Part shown: one piece after another, positions 26,339 through 32,215 of the stretch
Position numbering within the stretch: position 1 is the stretch's first letter
Layout: every line of letters starts with the position of its first letter
Made by a program: the position numbers and the translations under genes
Assembly (NCBI GenBank): GCA_964550385.1
Contig: CAZJZF010000001.1
Span: forward strand, 219 to 32,433
Direction of reading: 5' to 3'
Length of the DNA: 32,215 nucleotides
Source of the DNA: an uncultured Lentimicrobiaceae bacterium
GTDB taxonomy: Bacteria > Bacteroidota > Bacteroidia > Bacteroidales > SKPS01
Notes under the pieces: generated by a model
The model's input: only the letters and a program-made list of their open reading frames with translations
Told to the model about the DNA's origin: nothing
Databases searched by the model: none

Positions 26339-29281
26339 ATGTCAGAAGCAAACACAGGAATACGATTAAGCAAAGTAGCACGGGAATTCAACATCGCCAC
26401 CAGTACGATAAGTGATTTCCTGTCGAAAAAGGGTTTTACCATCGAAAGTTCGCCCAATGCAAAGCTTTCTGCCGAGATGTATGCCCTGATCCAGAAGGAG
26501 TATTCGCAGGAAAAAAGTGCAAAGGAAGAGTCTATCAAAGTAGGCCTTGAGCACTCGAAGCTCGAAACCATCAGTATCGAAGACAAAAAGGTTCCCAGAC
26601 AGGACGAATCGGAAGATTTGTCGTTGGAAGACCTTTTAAGCAAGTCGGCGGCAGACCTGAAAAAAACGGCCTCAAGGAAAACTGAGAAGAAGCCTGCCCC
26701 CGAAAAGGTCAAGGTAGAAGAGAAGGTACCTGAAATTGATCCTGAAATTGTTCCTGAAATAATTGAAAAACCTTCAGGGGAACTCCCGGAGAATCCTACA
26801 GAGGAACTGCCAAAGGATGATGAAAATGAAACGGTTGGCGGACTTGTTGTACATGGATCTATAGACCTTGACAGTATGAACCTCCGCACCAAACCTCCAC
26901 GGAAAACCAAAGAGGAAAAAGCAGAGGAACAACGCCGTAAGCGTGAAGAAGAAAAGCAGAAAAAGGCCAAATCAAAAACAGCCAAACCAGTTATAGAAAC
27001 AGCCCCTGAGCCTGTTGCTGCGGTTGAAGTTGAACCGGTTGATATTATAACTGTTGTGCCTGAAGCAGAAACCCTTGCGCCAGTGCCGACCCAGAAAAAA
27101 CAACCGGAAATCGATTTTCTGGCAACCCGGGTCGAAAAACTTACAGGACCTACCATTCTGGGTAAAATGGAGCTACCTTCTCCGGTAAAGAAAATCAAGA
27201 AAATTGACAAGAAAGCTCCGGTTGCCTCCAGTGATGAAGATACTCAGGTGGAAGGTAGCAAGAAAAAGAGGAAGCGGATCAAATCAGGGGCGACACGTTT
27301 GCAAGACGTTAAAGATGTTTCACCAACAGCCAAAAAGGCAAAACTTGTAACCAAGAAACGGGCAGATCTGAAACCACAGGCCAGCGAAGAGGATATCCAG
27401 AAACAGATCAAGGAGACATTGGCACGGCTTACACCTACGGGTAAATCGAAAAGTTCGAAGCTGCGCCGCCAGAAACGGGATACGATCCATCAGAATCTTG
27501 AAATACAAAGACAAAAGGATGAGGAAGGACAAAAAACGATTCAGGTTACTGAGTTTGTAACAGTAAAAGAACTTTCAAGCCTGATGGATGTGGATGTAAA
27601 CAGCATCATTTCTACCTGTATGGCGCTGGGTATGTTTGTTTCCATTAACCAGCGGCTTGATGCTGAAACCCTTACTATCGTTGCCGATGAGTTCGGTTAC
27701 AAGGTTGAATTTGTCAGTATTGAAGTGCAGGAAGCTATTGAAACGTTCGAGGATAACCCTGAAGACCTTCTTCCAAGGCACCCCATTGTAACAGTAATGG
27801 GTCACGTTGACCACGGAAAAACATCACTGCTTGATCATATACGCAAAACCAACGTTATTGCAGGGGAAGCCGGAGGCATTACCCAGCATATTGGTGCCTA
27901 TGAGGTTTCATTGGAAAATGGAAAGAAAATTACTTTCCTGGATACCCCGGGCCACGAAGCATTTACGGCTATGCGTGCCAGGGGTGCCAAGGTAACCGAC
28001 ATAGCAATCATTGTAGTGGCTGCTGACGACCAGGTTATGCCACAGACCCGTGAAGCCATCAACCACGCTCAGGCTGCCGGAGTACCGCTCATTTTTGCCA
28101 TTAACAAGATTGACAAACCGGGTGCGAATCCCGAAAAAGTGAAGGAACAGCTTGCCGGCATGAACCTTTTGGTAGAAGACTGGGGAGGTAAATACCAAAG
28201 CCAGGATATTTCAGCCAAACAGGGATTGCATGTGGAAGAACTGATGGAGAAGGTGCTGCTGGAAGCGGAATTGCTAGATCTGAAATGCAATCTGAAACGC
28301 CCGGCAGAGGGTACTGTCATCGAATCATCCCTCGACAAAGGGAGAGGTTATATTGCCAAGTTACTCGTGCAGAACGGAACCCTGAATACCGGCGATATCG
28401 TTTTGGCGGGCTGCTATCATGGTCGGGTAAAAGCCATGTACAACGAAAGAAACCAGCGAATTCAGAAAGCAGGTCCCGGAAGCCCGGTACTCTTGCTCGG
28501 ATTGCACGGTGCCCCGCAGGCAGGCGATATATTCAATGTCCTTTCAGATGAAAAGGAGGCCAAGGCCATTGCCAGCAAGCGACTGCAGCTGCAACGTGAG
28601 CAAGGCATCAGGACCCAAAAACACATTACCCTTGATGAAATCGGACGCAGGATTGCCATTGGTGACTTTAAAGAACTTAATATCATTGTTAAGGGTGACG
28701 TAGATGGTTCTGTGGAGGCTCTTTCCGACTCCCTGCTGAAACTCTCAACAAATGAAGCACAGGTAAATGTGATCCACAAATCTGTGGGTGCCGTATCCGA
28801 AACTGATGTAATGCTCGCATCTGCTTCCGATGCCATTATTGTGGCATTCCAGGTGCGGCCATCGGTTGGTGCAAGAAAACTCGCTGAACAGGAACAGATT
28901 GACATACGCCTATACTCCATTATTTATCAGGCGATTGATGAAATCAAATCGGCTCTTGAAGGGATGCTTGCTCCTGAAATCGAAGAAAAGATCACGAGTA
29001 ATGTTGAAGTACGGGATGTGTTCAAGATCACCAAGGTGGGATCTGTGGCCGGCTGTATGGTACTCGATGGCAAAATCAACAAAAACTCCAAGATACGCGT
29101 TATCCGCGATGGCATTGTGGTGTATACCGGACATCTGGGATCCCTCAAGCGCTTCAAGGATGATGTAAAGGAAGTATCTGCCGGATATGAGTGCGGATTG
29201 AATATCGATAACTTCAATGACATTAAAGTTGGCGATATCGTTGAAAGCTACGAAGAGATCGAAATCAAACGCAAACTCTGA
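26339..29281 (+). CDS. infB: translation initiation factor IF-2
   Basis: 980 aa. IF2_N ([12 protein letters not shown]), a ~250-aa K/E/P-rich low-complexity linker, GTPase G1 [13 protein letters not shown]3 DTPGHEAF, G4 NKIDK, and C-terminal domains. Confidence 0.97.
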   Translation: MSEANTGIRLSKVAREFNIATSTISDFLSKKGFTIESSPNAKLSAEMYALIQKEYSQEKSAKEESIKVGLEHSKLETISIEDKKVPRQDESEDLSLEDLLSKSAADLKKTASRKTEKKPAPEKVKVEEKVPEIDPEIVPEIIEKPSGELPENPTEELPKDDENETVGGLVVHGSIDLDSMNLRTKPPRKTKEEKAEEQRRKREEEKQKKAKSKTAKPVIETAPEPVAAVEVEPVDIITVVPEAETLAPVPTQKKQPEIDFLATRVEKLTGPTILGKMELPSPVKKIKKIDKKAPVASSDEDTQVEGSKKKRKRIKSGATRLQDVKDVSPTAKKAKLVTKKRADLKPQASEEDIQKQIKETLARLTPTGKSKSSKLRRQKRDTIHQNLEIQRQKDEEGQKTIQVTEFVTVKELSSLMDVDVNSIISTCMALGMFVSINQRLDAETLTIVADEFGYKVEFVSIEVQEAIETFEDNPEDLLPRHPIVTVMGHVDHGKTSLLDHIRKTNVIAGEAGGITQHIGAYEVSLENGKKITFLDTPGHEAFTAMRARGAKVTDIAIIVVAADDQVMPQTREAINHAQAAGVPLIFAINKIDKPGANPEKVKEQLAGMNLLVEDWGGKYQSQDISAKQGLHVEELMEKVLLEAELLDLKCNLKRPAEGTVIESSLDKGRGYIAKLLVQNGTLNTGDIVLAGCYHGRVKAMYNERNQRIQKAGPGSPVLLLGLHGAPQAGDIFNVLSDEKEAKAIASKRLQLQREQGIRTQKHITLDEIGRRIAIGDFKELNIIVKGDVDGSVEALSDSLLKLSTNEAQVNVIHKSVGAVSETDVMLASASDAIIVAFQVRPSVGARKLAEQEQIDIRLYSIIYQAIDEIKSALEGMLAPEIEEKITSNVEVRDVFKITKVGSVAGCMVLDGKINKNSKIRVIRDGIVVYTGHLGSLKRFKDDVKEVSAGYECGLNIDNFNDIKVGDIVESYEEIEIKRKL

Positions 29282-29300
29282 CCTGCTTTTTATTAATTCA

Positions 29301-29885
29301 TTACCGGTACAATTGCTCGCGGGCAATGAAGCGGTAAACGGATTCCGGCATAAAAAACCTGAGATCCTTTCCCTGCCTGATTCCATCACGGATGAAACTG
29401 GAGGATATTTCCATCCCCGGAGCTTCAACTTTTGTGATGGTCGCACCCTGAAGGTCTGCCTTTTCTGATCCTGACCGGGGATAAACATACAAGGGGAAAT
29501 TCTCTATAATATACTGAAAGTTAAACCATTTGGGTAACGTTTGCAAATTGTCGCTACCCATTATCAGCGCAAAATCTATCCCCGGGTGTTTTTCTGTAAG
29601 ATGTGCCAGGGTGATGCTTGTGTAAGAGGGTTGCGGGAGGTATAGCTCTATATCGCTCACCCTAAAACCCGGATAGCTGTCTATGGCCAAATGAACCATT
29701 TCGAGCCTGAGCCATGCATCGAGCAATCCCCCCTTTTTCTTGTGGGGATTTTGGGGTGAGAGCACAAACCAGACTTCATCCAGATCGGAATACTGAAGGA
29801 AATAGTTGGCAATTGCCAGATGTCCGATATGCACCGGATTGTAAGATCCAAAGAACAATCCGGCCTTTGTTTTTTTGCTACTCAT
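29301..29885 (-). CDS. nadD: nicotinate-nucleotide adenylyltransferase
   Basis: 194 aa. FGSYNPVHIGHL (HxGH) and ISSSFIR (ISSTxxR-like). The start overlaps the gmk stop (ATGA). Confidence 0.92.
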   Translation of the reverse strand: MSSKKTKAGLFFGSYNPVHIGHLAIANYFLQYSDLDEVWFVLSPQNPHKKKGGLLDAWLRLEMVHLAIDSYPGFRVSDIELYLPQPSYTSITLAHLTEKHPGIDFALIMGSDNLQTLPKWFNFQYIIENFPLYVYPRSGSEKADLQGATITKVEAPGMEISSSFIRDGIRQGKDLRFFMPESVYRFIAREQLYR

Positions 29886-30466
29886 TGGCCCGTAAATTTC
29901 CTGATATGCTGTATCACCTGTTGTATGGCGCTATCCAAATCGTCGTTTACAACCACTGCATCAAATTCACCGGCGTAAGTGAGTTCCCACCGGGCTTTTT
30001 CAATCCTTTGGTACAGGCTTGTATCACTCTCTGTACCTCTTTTCGATAACCGTTCTTTCAAGGCTTCCATACCGGGTGGCATGATGAATATTGCCAGTGC
30101 CTGATCTCCGTAATGCCTTTTAATGTTGATGCCTCCCATCACATCAATGTCGAACAATACATGGTTGCCGGTTGCCAGAATTTTATCCACTTCTGTCTTC
30201 AGGGTGCCATAACATGCACCCTCATATACCTCTTCATATTCTATAAAAGCATCCTGATCAATCAGGTTACTGAACTCATCAGGGGAAAGAAAATAGTAAT
30301 CCCTGCCATTTGCTTCACCCTCTCTGGCCTTTCTTGTTGTGGCCGATACAGAAAACTGAAGCTTTAGTTTCTCTTCCATCAACCGTTTAACAATGGTGGT
30401 CTTTCCGGCACCGGATGGAGCAGAAAGAATAATCAGTTTACCTGTAATGCTCTCCTGATCGTTCAT
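29882..30466 (-). CDS. gmk: guanylate kinase
   Basis: 194 aa. P-loop SAPSGAGKTT, TTRKAREGE and GRDYYF motifs. The ATG overlaps the yicC stop (TAATG). Confidence 0.95.
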   Translation of the reverse strand: MNDQESITGKLIILSAPSGAGKTTIVKRLMEEKLKLQFSVSATTRKAREGEANGRDYYFLSPDEFSNLIDQDAFIEYEEVYEGACYGTLKTEVDKILATGNHVLFDIDVMGGINIKRHYGDQALAIFIMPPGMEALKERLSKRGTESDTSLYQRIEKARWELTYAGEFDAVVVNDDLDSAIQQVIQHIRKFTGQ

Positions 30467-31338
30467 TACAAAAGGTTCAGCAGTTGCTCTTTGATTTTTT
30501 CAAGTTCATCTTTCATATCCACTACAATTCGCTGGATAGGGGCATCATTGGCTTTTGATCCTATGGTGTTAATTTCCCTTCCGATCTCCTGTGCAATAAA
30601 ACCCAGCTTTCGCCCATTGGCATCCGGGCTCTGCATCACCTCCCTGAAGAAATCCAAATGATGGTTCAGTCTGACTTTTTCCTCGGTAATATCCAGTTTT
30701 TCAATATAGTAAATTATTTCCTGCTCCAATCGATTCATGTCTACAGCAACAGACTGGAGGCTTTTAAGCTCTTTCAGGAACTTCTCTCTTACCCGTATGA
30801 TTCGCCCATCTTCCAGCGGTATGATGGATCGTAAAAGGTTGCCCAATCTGTCGATCCTTTCCAGCATATCCCTTCCCAGCTCAAACCCCTCTTTTTCTCT
30901 GAAATGGTTCAGTTCAGCAATGGCATCCAGCAAAGTTTTACGTACCACCTCAAATTCATCCATATCAGCCTCTGCCCGCTGCCCTTTAAAAATATCAGGC
31001 ATTCTGAAAAGGAGGGAGAGATAATCCTGTGAAGGCTGAAGTCCGAAAGATGTTTCTATCTCCTTCAGCTTACCATATCCTGCACGGAGCAATGGGATAT
31101 TGATCTGCACATCCTGTTCATTTTCCTGCTGTTCTGCTGTAATATTGCAATAAATCTTCCCCCTTTCCAGATGCTGTGTGAGGAGCATTCTGATCTCTGG
31201 TTCCAGATCATAGTAACCTGCGGGGCATTTGAGACTCTGATCAAACTGCTTTGAATTCACCGATTTGATTTCCACGGTAATTTGCTTTTTCCCAAAGACA
31301 CCAGTGGCTTTTCCGAATCCGGTCATCGATCTTATCAT
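30466..31338 (-). CDS. yicC: YicC/YloC family endoribonuclease
   Basis: Track ORF (TTG 31344) trimmed to the ATG at 31336-31338 (MIRSMTGFGKA...), giving 290 aa. C-terminal EIGREINTIGSKAND motif. Conserved yicC-gmk linkage. Confidence 0.9.
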   Translation of the reverse strand: MIRSMTGFGKATGVFGKKQITVEIKSVNSKQFDQSLKCPAGYYDLEPEIRMLLTQHLERGKIYCNITAEQQENEQDVQINIPLLRAGYGKLKEIETSFGLQPSQDYLSLLFRMPDIFKGQRAEADMDEFEVVRKTLLDAIAELNHFREKEGFELGRDMLERIDRLGNLLRSIIPLEDGRIIRVREKFLKELKSLQSVAVDMNRLEQEIIYYIEKLDITEEKVRLNHHLDFFREVMQSPDANGRKLGFIAQEIGREINTIGSKANDAPIQRIVVDMKDELEKIKEQLLNLL

Positions 31339-31355
31339 CGTCAACGATTTTTTTG

Positions 31356-31363
31356 CAAAGATA
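31356..31363 (-). promoter_or_regulatory. candidate -7 promoter box TATCTTTG for yicC-gmk-nadD
   Basis: Plus-strand caaagata equals minus-strand TATCTTTG, 17 nt upstream of ATG 31338. Confidence 0.4.
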
Positions 31364-31387
31364 GCGAAGGATGTTCACCGATTTTCA

Positions 31388-32011
31388 TCAGGGTGTTTTA
31401 ACAACCCTTCCGCTACGTACGTGCCTGTCTGAATAGTACTTTTCATTCAGGTCGCTGACCATTACGCCGCTTTTTACAGTTGCATGGACAAACTTCTGAT
31501 TGCCGAGATACAATCCTACGTGACTGATTCTGTTGCCATTGATGTTGAAAAAAACCAGATCACCCGTGCGCAGATCCTCTTTTTTAATTTCGCGGGTTTC
31601 GGCAGCCTGACCTTCGGCACTGCGGCTGAGAGAAACCTGATAAACCACCCGGAAAACCTCCTGGGTAAAACCACTGCAATCGGTACCCTTCATTTTTTCC
31701 TTCTGACCATACCCATAAGGCGTGCCCATCCATGTTCCTATTTCGGTGTACAATGGCAAAAAATCCGGACTTACTGTATCTGTCCGCAACCCTTCCTGCT
31801 GCGCTTTTGAAGGAGCCCTTTTATCTTCAGCGATTTTGTCCTTCTTTTTATTATACTTTACCGTAACCTGTTGATCTTCATTGTCTTCCCAGGTAACCTT
31901 CATCTCCTCATTCTTGTTCTGCACAGGCAACAGGGGAAGGATGCCGCATCCGGCACATGTGATTGTAGCCATAAAGCAGAAGAGAGTAAAGCGGGATATA
32001 TTTTTCTTCAT
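31388..32011 (-). CDS. NlpC/P60 (C40) family peptidoglycan endopeptidase lipoprotein
   Basis: 207 aa. Signal peptide with lipobox ITCAGC, catalytic Cys in GTDCSGFTQ, His in ISHVGLYLG, followed by FVHA. Confidence 0.85.
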   Translation of the reverse strand: MKKNISRFTLFCFMATITCAGCGILPLLPVQNKNEEMKVTWEDNEDQQVTVKYNKKKDKIAEDKRAPSKAQQEGLRTDTVSPDFLPLYTEIGTWMGTPYGYGQKEKMKGTDCSGFTQEVFRVVYQVSLSRSAEGQAAETREIKKEDLRTGDLVFFNINGNRISHVGLYLGNQKFVHATVKSGVMVSDLNEKYYSDRHVRSGRVVKTP

Positions 32012-32099
32012 CCAAAGTAAAAATAAACATTTTCAGGAAAAACCTCTGCCATAAATGTAAAACGCTTAAATTGCCCAATGATTTTTCAGGCATATCCCA

Positions 32100-32215
32100 A
32101 TGGAAAGAATGCGACCACCTGTTGAACAGCATAAAATACTTAAGTGGTTTACTTTCAAAAGGATCATTATTCCTGTGATCATACTCATAGTCAGTATTTT
32201 GTGCAATAGTTTCAT
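32100..32215 (+). CDS. 5' end of an unidentified membrane-anchored protein (partial, runs off the right edge)
   Basis: My own translation from ATG 32100 gives MERMRPPVEQHKILKWFTFKRIIIPVIILIVSILCNSF..., a basic stretch followed by a hydrophobic helix (signal-anchor-like). An in-frame stop lies 6 codons upstream. A competing 49-aa minus-strand ORF (32066..32215) looks less protein-like. Confidence 0.35.
   Translation, partial: MERMRPPVEQHKILKWFTFKRIIIPVIILIVSILCNSF

Noticed and set aside
26335-27210. 291-aa minus-strand ORF antisense to the 5' part of infB
   Set aside because: It is a Ser/Gly/Phe-rich low-complexity product mirroring the K/E/P-rich IF-2 linker. It lies fully inside a highly confident gene. 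It is a shadow ORF.
32066-32215. 49-aa minus-strand ORF starting at the last three bases of the window (MKLLHKILTMSMITG...)
   Set aside because: It is short and ends in the intergenic region upstream of the NlpC/P60 gene. It competes with a plus-strand ORF that has a more convincing basic-then-hydrophobic signal-anchor N-terminus. Neither can be resolved without the flanking sequence.
1-32215. Search for CRISPR arrays, IS elements or transposases, integrases, prophage genes, toxin-antitoxin pairs, restriction-modification or other defence genes
   Set aside because: No regularly spaced direct repeats, terminal inverted repeats or diagnostic motifs were seen. Every ORF over 140 aa is accounted for by a housekeeping or envelope function or by antisense shadowing. 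The window looks like core genome rather than an accessory island.

Overview
This 32.2-kb window reads as conserved core chromosome of a Bacteroidota (CFB-group) bacterium. Three things support that: the ssb-gldE-gldD gliding-motility gene order, a DUF2723 membrane protein, and near-absence of Shine-Dalgarno sequences with recurring TAnnTTTG -7 promoter boxes. I call 24 complete and 2 edge-truncated CDS plus one tRNA-Gln(UUG). Left to right they are: a nucleotidyltransferase (partial), dut, a Wzx-like flippase, a very large orphan sensor histidine kinase, a SAM methyltransferase, mnmG, ybeY, an RsbW-like GHKL kinase, a 1125-aa membrane/coiled-coil protein and a YegS-type lipid kinase. Then queD, a dihydroorotase, a polyprenol-phosphate mannose synthase, gldD, gldE, ssb, a CE4 deacetylase, a 1154-aa DUF2723 GT-C-like protein and tRNA-Gln. 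Then rimP-nusA-infB, nadD, gmk, yicC, an NlpC/P60 lipoprotein and a partial membrane-anchored ORF. I see no CRISPR array, transposase, integrase, phage, toxin-antitoxin or other accessory-island signal, so I cannot honestly name a clear novel system. The best candidates for undescribed biology are: (1) the giant coiled-coil membrane protein translationally coupled to an orphan GHKL serine kinase at the head of a ybeY-mnmG operon; (2) a terminator-like hairpin between tRNA-Gln and rimP-nusA-infB that may be a NusA attenuator; (3) a DUF2723 / CE4 deacetylase / Pol-P-Man synthase set flanking gldDE; (4) the orphan 1237-aa double-sensor histidine kinase. Several track ORF starts were trimmed using motif and promoter-box evidence. 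All family assignments come from motifs read by eye, not from database searches.
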